NCBI GenBank assembly: GCA_048128005.1
Contig: JBEUKZ010000100.1
Span: 310,001 to 374,000, forward strand
DNA: 64,000 bases
Source of the DNA: Veleropilina oligotropha
Lineage: Eukaryota
Direction of reading: 5' to 3'
Of this stretch, positions 12,201-27,200 are shown piece after piece. The notes below the pieces were generated by a model. That model saw only the letters and a program-made list of their open reading frames with translations. It searched no databases and was not told the origin of the DNA. The translations under genes were made by a program, and so were the position numbers. Numbering within the stretch: the stretch's first letter is position 1; the number at the start of each line of letters is the position of its first letter.

Positions 12201-15200
12201 GAGAAAAAAAATCATGAGATGCTATCAATATATCCATCATAACAAGCAACAAATCTCTGGAATATTTAAGCTGGGACTACTATACTAGAGGGACTGGCTA
12301 CTTTAAAGATCGCGCTGAAATCACGTACTCGGCGCTAAAATGCGAGAGTTCGCTTGAAATATAATAAGCAAAGCAACAACCTGCTAATTGAATCCCATAT
12401 AAAATATTCGCTGCTATTTGTCAGACATATGTATACATATAAATAGATATTATATATATTGTAGATTGTGTATATGTACTTATATCGTTAAAATTATGTC
12501 AAAAAAGCAGAGATAAGTGTTATGATATTGTATGTTCTCGGTTATTTACGAAAATCCAAAATGGCGTCGATAAGAAAGCTTTCGAATCGAAAAACAGTAC
12601 ATTTTGCAACTTCTTCTCCTCGTCAGCTGCTACATTTTACTCTTTGATATCTGTCTCATCATTGTATTTATATGCTATTGCTTCCACGCTTCTATTGAAA
12701 AGCGAAATGTGACGAAGATTTATAACCTTTATTAGCATTTAAAAATGACGATTTTACCTAAATGTGACCAGCGTTAATATTTTCACATTGTAAAGTACTC
12801 AATTTTGCAACTTCTTCTCCTCGTTAGCTGTTATATTTTACTTTTTGATATTTGCACCATCTGTTCATTTGCATTCGATTTCTTGTACTCATCTAATGTG
12901 TAGTGAAATGTAACGAAGATTTATAGCATATATTTGCATTTTAAAATGACCAATTTTCCGAAATATTATCAAGCGTTGATATTCATTTTGTGATGGTTTC
13001 TCTTCTTTCTTTGTTGCATTTTATGTTTGAATATATTCACCTTTTTCCAATTTACACTCGATTACATCGACTCGACTATTGTACAGGGAAATACAACGTA
13101 GATTTAATTCATATATTTGCGTCTTAAAATGGTCTATTTATCAACGATGTCTATCTGATATAGTGGTCCATTTCAAGAATACTTCATTACAATGCCAACT
13201 TCAAGTGGTCCCCATTGTTATTGCGCAGACAAAATACTGACCGCTTATACATTATATCAACATGCAAAGCAAAACATAGTATGAAAAGCAATTAGTGGAT
13301 AGCTTTATGTTTAAACTAATTGTCTCTGTTGAAGATAATCGTTTGTTCTGATAATCATTAGAAAAGTAGCTGGGGTCATTTAAATGGTTCCGATTCAGTA
13401 ACAAAAGATAAATGCATAAGCAATGATTTCGTTTTGAATTGGCCAATCAGTTTATCTAGCAACTAGCCGCGATTAACATTGACCCCTTTCAATATAGGCT
13501 GCATTAAATTTCATTTTCAATTAATAATTATGCAGTTTCTTTAGTTTGAATGCCGTCCAAATTAAAACAAATCCAAAAAATAAATTCGCAATCGGCTGAT
13601 GTGTTATTGTAATTGCGTGTCTAATAGATATTTTGTGAATTAAACCGTTATAATCAACCACATTTATCCAAATTGGGGATTAAATATTATTTTCACAAAG
13701 CCGAAAGTCGCGAAAGTCTCTACGCACATGCGCAGTGCGGTAATTACGAGAACAATAGCGAGTACCACATTATTGACGGCGAGTCGGCTAATTGGTCAGA
13801 GCTTCCAGTCCCTCTAATAGTAGTCCCAGATTTAAGTGAGCTTCTATAAAAACAAGAAAGTACAAGCCTCTGGTGTAAACAATACAGGCTAAACAATCAT
13901 TTTTGGTTAATGCTGCAAGAATATTGACTCACTGTTGAGGCATGTGGCGTGGCCACTGCAATCCAATGGACAAATACTTGACAGTAAGTTCAGATCAGGG
14001 AGACCGGCGAACCATTCACTGGTGTCGAACAAGTGGTAAGCCAGACAATGAACCATCAAGTTGTCCAGCGTTGAGCCGAACCAGATGTTAATGTCTCCTG
14101 AAATCTGAAAGAAAGAACATAATATTCAAATATAGATTTCCAATTTGAATTGGATTGAATCTATGCTTAATATCCTGTATATTTACAACTTTCACGTTCA
14201 AACCAGGAATATATCCGTATTATCGGTTGCCCAGACAAACCCGATTAGTAATGGACAACGTAACTGTGATGCCATTGCCCCAACCGAGGTCAGAATCAGA
14301 TAGAGCATCAAAGCCTGTGATTTTAGAGTCTGCATTCGAGACAACATGGCTACCGAAGCGGCCTGATTTGCAAAGACGCTACAATATGAGATTTTATTGC
14401 ATGCATTACAGAAAATCTTAAAAAATGCATTTACTTGCCACTGTGAGTTTTAAAAATAGTACTCTAGGCGAAGACGAGTATCATATATGTTCAAAACAGC
14501 ATTCCAAATGCAAAATAAACTGGATATTGAATGAAAAGTTGAAGAATGTTTTGGTCATATGGAAACGTAAATATCAAGGGACTATCACAACCGACTGATC
14601 GACTACCGCATAACCGAAACAACTAGAGCTATCACAGGAGTGATGCACATGCTCCCACGAAAGCGTTTGATCCAGGAACAGGCTGTTGCATACACACATG
14701 AAGTTTCATGTCTCTCAGTTAAATAGTTTGGGAGATATGGATCGGAAGGGAATTTTAGACTGAATGCGGTCCAGTGTGAAAAGTAGGTCGCGGTACCCTA
14801 GTTTTGGTACGCGACACACCTTTGGGTTATGATGCATACACACATCAAGTTTCATATCCCTTGGTCAAATAGTATGGAAGATATGTAGCGGAAGGGAATT
14901 TGGACCAAATGCGGTCAAGTCCGAAATGTAGGTCGCAGTGACCTACTTCGGTACGCGACATATCTTTCAGTTATGACGCATACACATATGAAATTTCATG
15001 TCCTTCAGTCAAATAGTATGGGAGATATGGAGCGGAAGGGAATTTTGGACCAAATGTGGTAAAGCGTGAAAAGTAGGTCGCAGTGACCTACTTTTGGTAT
15101 GCGACACACATTTGGGTTATGACGTATACACACATCAAGTTTCGTGTCCCTTGGTCAAATAGTATGGGAGATATGGAACGGAAGGGAATTTTGGATTAAG

Positions 15201-18200
15201 TGCAGTCAAGCATGAAAAATAGGTCGTGGTGACCTACTTTCGGTATGCGACACACCTTTGGGTTATGATGCATGCACACATCAAGTTTCGTGTCCCTCGG
15301 TCAAATAGTATCAGAGATATGTAGCAGAATGGAATTTGCAATGGACAGACATACAGACAAGCTGACTCCTATATGCCTCCCATAAACTTCGTTTGTCATT
15401 TGTGGGGGCATAAAAACTTGTTGCCGCCATCAAATGTGACGTATATGTATATATGTGATGTCACACATCACAGATTTTGCGAAATGATAATAATTATTGC
15501 TAATCCTTGGACAAGTCAGGAAGCACGATGTCAAGTTTGTGTGTATAGGGTCCGTTTCTGAAATCTGTTCTTCCTCTGTCCTTGTGATATCTCTTGCACA
15601 TTGTTTTTGACAGTAGTGCTATCCAAAACCTAATTCTCAAAGTAATGATGTAGACACAGGTGTGAAAAGACAGCAACAAGAAATGTACGCCGATGACAAT
15701 CCATACTATAGCCTTATTAAATATATTGTGTCCCGTTCACAGCCGATGACAATCCATACTATAGCCTTACTATTGTGTCCCGTTCACAGCCGATGACAAT
15801 CCATACTATAGCCTTACTATTGTGTCCCGTTCACAGCCGATGACAATCCATACTATAGCCTTACTATTGTGTCCCGTTCACAGCCGATGACAATCCATAC
15901 TATAGCCTTACTATTGTGTCCCGTTCACAGCCGATGACAATCCATACTATAGCCTTACTATTGTGTCCCGTTCACAGCCGATGACAATCCATACTATAGC
16001 CTTACTATTGTGTCCCGCTCACAGCCGATGACAATCCATACTATAGCCTTACTATTGTGTCCCGTTCACAGAACTCCAGTATCGAATCCAGGTCCACTCT
16101 AGCGTTGATGCAAACTGATCCCAAGGTAGTAGTTATTAGCTGCGTGTGACACTCATGGGACTGATTCGATGGACTTGAATAGTCCTAAAATCCAGAAAAA
16201 AGTGTGAAGTTATGATATAATGAGTAAAGCTCTTGAACGTTAGTCTCATCATCGAAGAGCGTTCATCTGTGAAATGAGACTCTTCGTGCACAGGACACTT
16301 TAATCCCATGCAACAAAAAATGACCGTTCGATCTCCTGCAATCAAGATGATATTCATGACACTTATTCTAGTACATATAAAAACAACATGCTTGCATTAA
16401 TTACATTAAATTTGCACCCATCCAAAATATAGCCTCCCCCCAGGTTATCTTTGAAACATGTTGAGCATTCATAACTACTTTTTCAAGTAGTGGATATCAC
16501 TTACAGGCCATTCATAGAACAACAATGTTATCCTTCGTGCTGTGTATGCGCGGGTGATTCATATACCAAGATTTTACATGTTTTAGAAATTGGCTGACGA
16601 AAATAGTTGAACAGTAGTGGCATTTCCGATTATTGCTGTAACTAATTATGTCTCTTCAACCACTATCATCGGAAAAACTTATCTGTCTCCATTTAGAACT
16701 TTGATAACACATTGGAAACTATATAGCATCTTACCAAATGTAAATATGTAAAAACTTGCATTTGTATTCTCTAATATAGTCAAGCACAATAATGAAAGAA
16801 AAGTGATATAATATTCAGTATCATATTAATCTTGAATTAGTTTCTGATATCAATTTAATAATTCATAATTTTTTTATAGATTCTAATATTAATATAATTT
16901 TTGTATACAAGGTGCAATAATTGCAGACAACATGTTCAATGAAGATGTCACAGTGTTAACTTTTAATCTTAGTACATTACCAGCGCTGTGTACTCCTTGT
17001 CAAATTCAAAACTGAATTTATCTTCTCCAACTGCACAGCCAATAGGAGGCAGAGATGTATCTACCAGGAAATCGGTCAAATCGTTACCTGGAAAAAAGTT
17101 TACATTTGATTGATCAGATCGGAATATATTGTGTTGTTCTGTTGAACTTCTAGGGTCATATTGAGACATGTCCATTTTTATCCACCTGTTATTTGGACTA
17201 CCATATGCATGACTTATAAATCTGAAGTGTCTTTCGAATGTTACGGCTAGGCAAACCCAAAATGCTGAACCAGAGTAGTGTCTTACTGTCATTTACCAAA
17301 ATTATACATTTAAAAATTATGCAAAATAATAAGTAAATGATTCTTATGCATCACAATTCAATCATGCTGTATTTTTCTTTACATATTCATCAATACTCAC
17401 CATTTTTGGTCCACACGTTTTCTGTGTTATAGCAATCGACCACGTCAAATCTTAGCCCACAGTCGTTGGAATTGACGTCAGAACATCGGCAGTAAATTTC
17501 GTTGTTGGTTTCTTCAACAAAATTGTCACAATATCCAGAATACAAGCTATTCTCAGAGTTAACCCTACAAAGAACATGATCAAGGAATAAACAGTGACTT
17601 GGACAACAAGGGTACAAAAGATACGATTATCCGATGAAACACATCAGTAATGGACTACTGGAGTAACAAAACAATGAAAAATCATAAATCCAAACTCATT
17701 TACCAATTGCAAGTGTGCAACAGTGCTTATTTACTGTATCAGCTGTATCTTTTATTTCACTCGCACAAATGCAATGGACACACCAGTTAAGGTATCATTG
17801 CATTGATATTAGCATAAAGAGATCCATAAGTAAACAGAAAAGTCGCAAAGAAACCGTAACAATTAATAATCGACTAGAACAGACTTTGAATGAAAGTTTG
17901 ACAACTACATGGAAAACTTAATTGTACAACCAGAAGCGGTTGAAGATTGAGGTTTAAGTCGTCATTACCTTGATGCAAATGCAAAAATGCAATCAGTACC
18001 TCCATGATTCAGAGAAAGAATCTTTCTGTTTGCTGTCTGATCCATTAAACATCGAACCATCGCTCTGTGTTAGGTCGTTGCTAGACACACCATCGTAACT
18101 GCCACACAATCCTGTTAAAGATTGCACACACAAAGTTATAATGACATATTGATAGTTGATTCACTATAAATTAATTTAAAAGTTTTTGATAAAAAAGATA

Positions 18201-21200
18201 AAAAATGTGACAAAGAAAAACGGGGGTAGGCAAATGAAATGGATCATTGAGGGCATATCGTGTATGAACTGAATCATTATTGTATCAGAAATCATGCATC
18301 GGAACTCCTTAGACACCTATGTGTAAATATTTACATTAAAACCTTACTGAGAAGAAAACGCATACCAGGTCTTTGCCTATAGATTGGAGACAAAAATTAA
18401 TATACAGTGCAATAGACTGCAAATATATGCAGCTACCTAGTCTGGAGACATAATACAAGGCAGCGATGCAAGGGCGAATCCAGGAGATCCTGACACTCAT
18501 TTTTTGGTACCAGTCACAATTTTGATGGGAAGAAATATCGCATTTGCATCAGAATGCAGAAGAGTGTGTTTCACACCTGGTCCATTAATTGTTGCATTAC
18601 AGTATATTTCCTAACTAGAAATGTGTCTTCTGACACTGCAGATGCCCCCAGTATATGTTCAAGCCATTGATGCTTCATCACTATATCTGTTCTTAAACAT
18701 TATAAAAGGAAAAGATGATGTCATTGTTCTATATCATTCTGCTGATTGTAAGTATAAAGTGCACAAAGCATTTGCACAAGCACAAGCGATTGATTAACAT
18801 AGAAAAAGTTTATTAAAGCTCCAGAGACTATGTTCAAAAACGTAAAAAATGTAGTAAAAAATAATTATTTTCATTCAACATTCTAACTCATGATAGTTCA
18901 TACTAATAAACAATAGCTTATGAAGTTTGAACAAGATGGCTATTGATTAACATCGAAAAAGGTAGGTGAGTTTCTTATAGCATGATATCAGAAATGAAGC
19001 TTCAGAGACTATGTTCAAAAACGTAAAAAATGTAGTAAAAAATAAATATTTTCATTCAACATTCAAACTCATGATAGTTCATACTTATTTATAATAGCTT
19101 ATCACGTTTCAATGAGATGGCTCTTGATTAACATCGAAAAAGATAGGTGAGTTTCTTATAGTATGAGATAAGAAATTATACTCCAGAGACTATGTTCAAA
19201 AGCGTGAAAGATATGGTAAAAATACATATTTTCATTCAATATTCGAACTCATGATAGTTCATACTATATCTAATAGCATATTAAGTTTGAAGAAGATCGC
19301 TCATGATTAACATAAAAAAAGATAGGTGAGTTCAATCTGTTACGGACGGACGAACGGAAGCACCAAAAGCATAATGCCCCCTGGCCGACTAAAATCGAGC
19401 CGGGGGCATAAAAATTGGACCCCCACAAAATCCTGCATCTGCCCCGGAGATGAGGTCATACTGCTTCACTGACCTTCTGTGTCACCATGGTCCAGGCTAG
19501 AGGCGTGAATCCACACGTTCAGGTATCGGCCAGGCTCAGTGCTCGCCTTCACAGTCACTCGAGTGCCGGTGGGCAAAATGATCTGAGGAAACACATGTAT
19601 GACGAAAATAAACCAGTAAAAGATTGGAGTCAAATGATGCTTAATGTGCCATTTTACAAACTTCAGGAACATACCAGGATATGTTAATATTATCACAGAA
19701 GGAAAGCCTGGCTACCTGGGGATCCATACATGATGAAATCATACGGCAGGTGATAAACTGTAAGTCAATCAGAACTATGAAGAGGTGCCTTAACACCACG
19801 CCAATAAATATAAAGCTTCACTACAAATATGTCAAGCGACAGATTTGAAAGGAAAGGATCGATACTTAATGTCCTGTATATTTCCAACCATTAAGTTAAA
19901 AGCAGCACATGTCTATATTATCGCCCCGGAAACCCGCTCTCTTCAGTTACAGACAACCCGCTCTCTCCGACCAGCTACAGACAACCCGCCCTCTCCGACC
20001 AGTTACAGACAACCGGCCCTCTCCGACCAGTTACAGACAACCCGCCCTCTCCGACCAGTCAGACAACCCGCCCTCTCCGATCAGTTACAGACAACCCACC
20101 CTCTCCGATAAGTTACAGACAACCCGCCCTCTCCGACCAGTTACAGACAACCCGCCCTCTCCGACCAGTTACAGACAACCCACCCTCTCCGATCAGTTAC
20201 AGACAACCCACCCTCTCCGATCAGTTACAGACAACCCGCCCTCTCTGACCAGTTACAGACAACCCACCCTCTCCGATCAGTTACAGACAACTGTGATTCA
20301 TAACTGAGCATAACTGTTCACGTCAACGGAATCAAGCCAGTAATTTTTCGGAGTCCGCAACGGAAACCACACAGCTGTCGAAGCGACCTCGACAGCAAAC
20401 AAAAATGTTTGTATAGCTTGCATACATGCATTGTAACTTATAGATTAACAGTTATAATATTTAGGTGGACACCACCTCAAGAAGTGGCTTGATCTGACCA
20501 TCCGTTCTACTTCGAAATCAAAGTGTCAGTTCTGTAACAAATTCAAGGTGTGCAGTGCCCACCTTACGCAACGGTTTTGTGATTTTTCAATCAACTAGCT
20601 ATATACATGGTTCCATAGATATCAAGAGCTCTAATATTATACATTAACAAAAAATTACTATGGAATATCACAAAATTCATCATGGATGTCTTACCTCAGT
20701 GTGTTTTCCATCGGTGAGTGATTTTACCTTGGTGTTCGAAGTTAGGTCACCATTTAGGTACATGATTACGTCAAACCTGCCTGTCCCTTTATTTGATGGA
20801 CCACATATATCAATAACAATAACGTCGTCTCCCGACTGAACTGCAACAGCGCAGTTACAGCTGGCATAATCGTTGCACTGACGATAGAACGCGTGTACCT
20901 GCAAGACGAGTACGCATTCAGTAACCAACTAGAAATATATGTTCCCCGGAACATGGAATGCCCCCGTATAAGCTTGCCAAGTGATATGAATTTTGGTTGT
21001 GTACATGACTAATAGGGTGAAATGTAACTGTACTTATTAATGTATAAGCAATAATTAAAATTTTCATTCAATATTCGAACTCATGACAGTTCAAACTTAT
21101 ATCTGTTAGCAAACAAAAGCAGAAGGAAGTGGTTTGAGATCAACTTCCAAAAAATAAGTGACTTCCTTATATATAAATTATGCTCCATAGGCTAAGTCCA

Positions 21201-24200
21201 AAAACCCAATAAAACATGGAATAAATTTAAAAAATTGTTCAATATTCGAACTCATGACAGTTCAAACTTATATCTGTTAGTAAACAAAAGCTGAAGGAAG
21301 TGGTTTAAGATCAACAGCAAAAATAATAGGTGACTTTCTTGGAAATAAATTGTGCTCCATAGGTTATGTACAAAAACCCAATAAAACATGGAAATAATTA
21401 AAAAAATTGTTCAATATTTGAACTCGTGATAGATCAGACTTATATCTGTTAGCATACAAAATCTGAAGGAAGTGTTTTGAGATCAACAGCAAATATAATA
21501 GGTGAATTTCTTGTATATAAATTGTGCTCCATAGGCTATGTACAAAAACCCAATAAAACATGGAAATAATTTAAAACATTCGTTCAATATTTGAACTCAT
21601 GATAGATCAAACTTATATCTGTTAGGATACAAAAGCTGAAGGAAGTGGTTTGAGATGAACAGCAAAAATAATAGGTGACTTTCTTGTATATAAATTGTGC
21701 TCCATAGGCTATGTCCAAAAACCCAATAAAACATGGAAATAATTAAAACATTCGTTCAATATTTGAACTCATGATAGATCAAACTTATATATCTGTTAGT
21801 ATACAAAAGCTGAAGGAAGTGGTTTGTGATCAACAGCAAAAATAATAGGTGACTTTCTTGGAAATAAATTGTGCTCCATAGGCTATGTCCAAAAACCCAA
21901 TAAAACATGGAAATAATTAATAAATTAATTCAATATTTGAACTCGTGATAGATCAAACTTATATCTGTTAGTATACAAAAGCTGAAGGAAGTGGTTTGAG
22001 ATCAACATCAAAAATAATAGGTGACTTTATTGTATATAAATTGTGCTCCATAGGCTAAATCCAAAACCCCAATAAAACATGAAATAAATAAAATTTTCAT
22101 TCAATATTCGAACTCATGATAGTTCAAACTTATATCTGTTAGTGTAAGAAAGTTGACAGCGGTGGTTACTTGTTATCAGCAAATATAATAGGTGACTTTC
22201 TTATATGTAATTTATACTTCAGAGACCAAAACATTGAAATATTCAATCAATATTCAAACTCATGATAGTTTAATCGTATATCTGTTAATATGTCAAGTTT
22301 GGGGGAAGTGGCCTCTCAGTAACATGGATAAAGATCCATGAGATCTAATGTGTCATGGACGGACGGACGGACGGGGGAGGAATTATGCTTAATGTCCTGT
22401 ATATTTATAACATCGAGGTTCAAGGCAGGACATGTCCGTGTTATCGCGGGAGGAAACCCCGGTCGCCGGGTAAACCCGCCCTCTTCGGCCAGTCACGGAC
22501 AACTGTGCTTCATAACTTGAACAAATGTGTGCTGCCTCAGCCGGGGGTCGATCCCACTACTGTTCGCGTCAGCGGAAACAAGCCAGTGAATTTAGAGTGG
22601 ACACTACCCACTGCGCTACTGAAGCGGCCTCGGACGGATGGACGGACATACCAAAAGCATGATGCCCCCTAGACCGACTAAAGTCGGACTGGGGCATAAT
22701 AACAACATCCTTTCAACAAGCAATTGTTGCTTGGAATCATTAGAATTAAAGTAAAATTAAATAATACAATATATTTTCAACGGTGGAGTGTGGAAATATC
22801 ACCAGAGCTATTATATGCATATCAAAATTACTGAATATCGTTAGATTTGTTGAAGTTAAAAAATTCATATTGACCAAATTTTGATATATTCTGCACCCCA
22901 TCTTGAATTATGTATTAACATGAAAATCACACCATGGCAACTCAAAGATAATGTAGATGCTGGTATCATTATTTCATAACCATCCATTTGCCATTATCAG
23001 AGAATAAGATTTCAATGTATTTCACAGCAAATCAAAGCATGTATGCCAAATAACGATATGACCTATCTGACACTATGGTTCGGCTTTCGGCTTATTCTAA
23101 AAATTGCACATCCATACGTCACAAATTTTGTAGGTTGTTTTATAAAATGAGAACAGAACATCAGCCACAAGTACATAAATAGAATCACAACACCATAACA
23201 ATATAGTTTTCAACTAATCGCATCTTGACTTCTAAATATTGTTTTATTTTGAAACGTGACAAATCTAAATCAATAATCCATGGTGATATAATGGAGAAAG
23301 ATTTGCAAAATGAAGACTTGCCGTCTAATAGATTTTACTAATTGTCATTGTAGTCAAAACATTGCATAAACCAGATATTTGGACTTGCAAATTAAAATAT
23401 TTCAGTCTATTGCAGTATAATAACCTGTAAACAACAATTCTAACAAACACAACTATTGGAAAATATTTGGCGTGGTCATTAAACATCGCACAAGCATGAG
23501 ATCATCATGAACAAACACAAATGCTGCTAAAACAAGAATAAATCCTAAACACTCCGCTCACCTCATACGGCAGATACTTGTGGCGATACAGAACAAATTC
23601 TCCCAGAAGGTGGTTTTCGAACGTTCTGAAATGAAAATGATTATAACCATATAGATTAATTTGATGTCACAGTAGAAAATAGTTTCAACCTTGGGATCGT
23701 GACCTCATCATAACTAATGTTCGTATGGAATCATTTTACAACTGTTGACTGTAGAGCGCACACGTTTTTGAAATGAAGATAAAACAGCACTATTGTGAAC
23801 TGGGATACAATAATCCAAAGTTAACGTGATTACACTACATGATTGTACAGTAACACTGAGTGTGATTGTCCAGACCAGATCTGTAAAAGGCAATACTGAA
23901 TGACAGAATTACAATACAATTCTGATTAATTTGTCGCAAAAAGTCTGAACTCACTCGAGATTTCCAACGTGCCAGAATCCACACAATACTGATAACATCA
24001 TTATATCCAGCAGACATGGGGTGTTTGCCAGATATTCTGGGCTTTCTTCCATGATAATATGGGTGTGTCCCGTGAGAACGGAAAATACACTCAACGTTAA
24101 AAGTCAAACCACTTACAGCCCGTCAAATGTTCTTAGATGTGGGTCATTAATGGAAACACAAAGAGAGGTACTATCACGATCAATCACTCTCGCCTGAAAG

Positions 24201-27200
24201 TATAAAAATAAGACAAGTGTGATATAATACAGGATTTGAGGCAGGTATACAACTACAATATGTAGTTATATGTAAGTGTTTTGGACCGACAGGTGGCTGG
24301 ACAGACAGGGTGATTTAATTATATCCCCATAACATCGTTATGCGGTTTAATACTTTCATATTATTGAAAACAAGAACATTTCAACAATGAATTATCTATG
24401 ACCATACCCATTTGTATCAATTAGGTTATCGTTACCAGAGTTTGAAGTGTGTTCTCGTCTAGGATGTTCGTGCCTTCCATAAGCGTTCCCTTCACGAAAA
24501 CATCGATCTCTTGATCGCCAGCCACTAGCTGATCGCGTGTTGCCTTGATGGGAAGCCGTAGACTTTGCCAGTTTGCCATGGTAACCGACACACCACATGT
24601 GGCATCAGATACTTTACCACCACCTGCTGCATACACCAGCTGATAGATGGCGCTACCATCGGGGCAGGTCAATGGGGCAACTTTCCGTTGTAACAAGAGC
24701 TTGACTGTCATGCTGTAGGTCTCGGATTCATTGCGGATACCAAAGAGATACTGAGGAGGCACGTTCAGCGTAAGATCTAGGTATCCCATGTCCCCGCCTT
24801 CCTCAATAATAATTGTGTCGGTGGTGGCTAGCTGAAAAAAATAACATTTTAATTTAAGTTTGGAGGGTCAGTGTTTGAAACAGCAGTCTTAACGCTAGGG
24901 GCTGGTCGACAAAGTCATATGCATATTGCACTATTAAGGCATATCATCTACAAAACTGGTGCGGATATCTTTATGAAATTTGGATGCAATGTATATGAGT
25001 AACTATTTGTTAATGCGTTAGAATTGTGTGACATTAGGATTAAAAAATAAAGATAGTCAAATTTCTATGAAAAGTTGTAAACATTATCTTACAACCTTAA
25101 AGCCTCATAATTTGTAATCTAACAGTCTAAGATACAATATATTACCTGAAATTGGGAAAATTTATATTTGTTTAACAGGTTTGATGAATTAACGTACATT
25201 ATATTTTGACAGACAAAATTGCTTTTTTTGGCTGTTTTTTCTTTGTAATTCTAAAATTTCTTTAAAAATAAAAAAACTTTTTAAAAGTAACTAATGTTTT
25301 TTAACAATTTTATACACATTTAGTAAACCTGCAAATGCACTCATTTATGATGGGCACAGGAGAACTTTTAATATTGTACTCATTGTAATATTGTTTAAAA
25401 TGCTTAACTGTTTGATGTAATTCTATAAAATAATAAAGGGTTGGATATATTCTTGCGTTTTGTTCAATTTATTTTCCAATTAATAGTATTGCGGAGACTT
25501 TTGTATGAAATTCATGTACGTTCTGTTTGATAGACTGAGGTTCACGTACATAAAATTTGACAGACATTTGCAGCTGTTCAAACATGAAATTCATCGTCAT
25601 TAGAGTTAGGATCATATAACTGTGTGCCAATATCATGAATATTATCTTAAAATTTACATACATGTATATATGGAAAGAGTAACAAGGAAGGTTATTATAA
25701 ATAGAAGGGTTTATCAAACTAACTTGTCTGTCAAATTTTCACGTACGATTTAAAAAATATCTCCAATCTCATCAGTAAGTTTACATCGGAAAGGTTATGA
25801 CATCAAACTGCTTATTTTTCATTCTCACATATATTCAATAAATACAAGATATATATAGATGGCTTCCTCGTGGTTCGCATCCATTATTAATACATCAGAA
25901 GTTCAGTTGCATTAACGTATGTATAAATTTTTCTATGACAGACAACATAAAAGTACAGGATTTCTTCTATTCGACATTTTCCGCTCGTTGATTAGGAACA
26001 TATTTGTGTATCAGGTGATATGGTCTGTTTCAAAATCAATGACTTTCTTGGTTAAATATAAATTCGGCAATAGCATTCAGGCCCGATTCACGTACGTTAT
26101 ATTTTGACAGACTTTAGCCATTCAATTTTCAAACAGTTTTTGTTATTTTAAACTACGAGATTGGATAAGTAAGGCTATTTATAGACAGAGAAATAACATT
26201 GTTTCCATACAGATCATGATTGATGTCCACAGCTATAAAGATGAAAACATACTTGGGCATCCAAAGGTAGCATGAGATTTTGACAGACGTAAATGATGTG
26301 CGTGAACTCTGACAAAAATCGTCAATTATTAATTAGATACCCATAAAAAATGGACTTTGAAGCATACATTTATTTTCAATACTCATCACTTTTATATTAT
26401 TAAAAACTTATAGGTGCATCTTTGGAAATGAATTTTAAAATTTCTTTGATGGAATAACTTAATAATGTTGTCTCTGGTGATAATTCATACATATACTAAA
26501 ATGCTGAAAACAAAAATGACAAACAAACTTAAGAATTTTTTATATTTAAATTTTTATTATCATAACCCGAAAATAACGCATTAGCAAATAGTTACTCATA
26601 TATATGGTTAATACCAGTGTGCATGCGTATTTTGGATGTGTGTTTTAGTGGTTTTTATGGTAACGGACAAATTACGATTTTTTTTTTTTATATAATGGGT
26701 CATATTAAAAATCGTTCAAAAAGCAAAAAAGCAAATAACAAAAAGTCGTTTGTTTACAAAGCTGCAACATTTTGGACATGATATATGACTGTTTTCTGTG
26801 TTTTATTTATAGATCTATAAATTATGTCCTAATACATGTACTAGTATTCGGTCAATAATTAAGACATAATAAACAAAATGCAAAGAAGATGGCAGAGTTC
26901 ATGGCAAAATCCCAATCACACGCAGTGCTCAAACCAGAAACCACCTATTTTTATGACATTCTGGGACAACACATTCAATATAGGGTAAGTTATTATCAAT
27001 ACTTACCGAAAGGTCGACAGAAAAGACTTGACTAGGACGCCCAGGACTGGTAGTGTTGTCACAATTTCCATCAAAACAGGCATGCAGAGAACAAGTTACC
27101 TAACAATAAGGATCTTTGTGGCAGAATTTAAATTTGTATTACAAATTATTTGTAAGAATCCTGATATTATTCTTTCAACTGTGACTTTGTCAAATAATTG

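Noticed and set aside
19845..20307. Pro/Thr-rich ORFs of 88 and 132 aa
   Set aside because: Translations of the 28-bp minisatellite.
22338..22672. Repeated ORFs at 22355, 55936 and 39558
   Set aside because: Antisense translations of one SINE family.
24880..26990. AT-rich 2-kb stretch that may be a DNA transposon
   Set aside because: Could not find matching termini, TSD or coding motifs.
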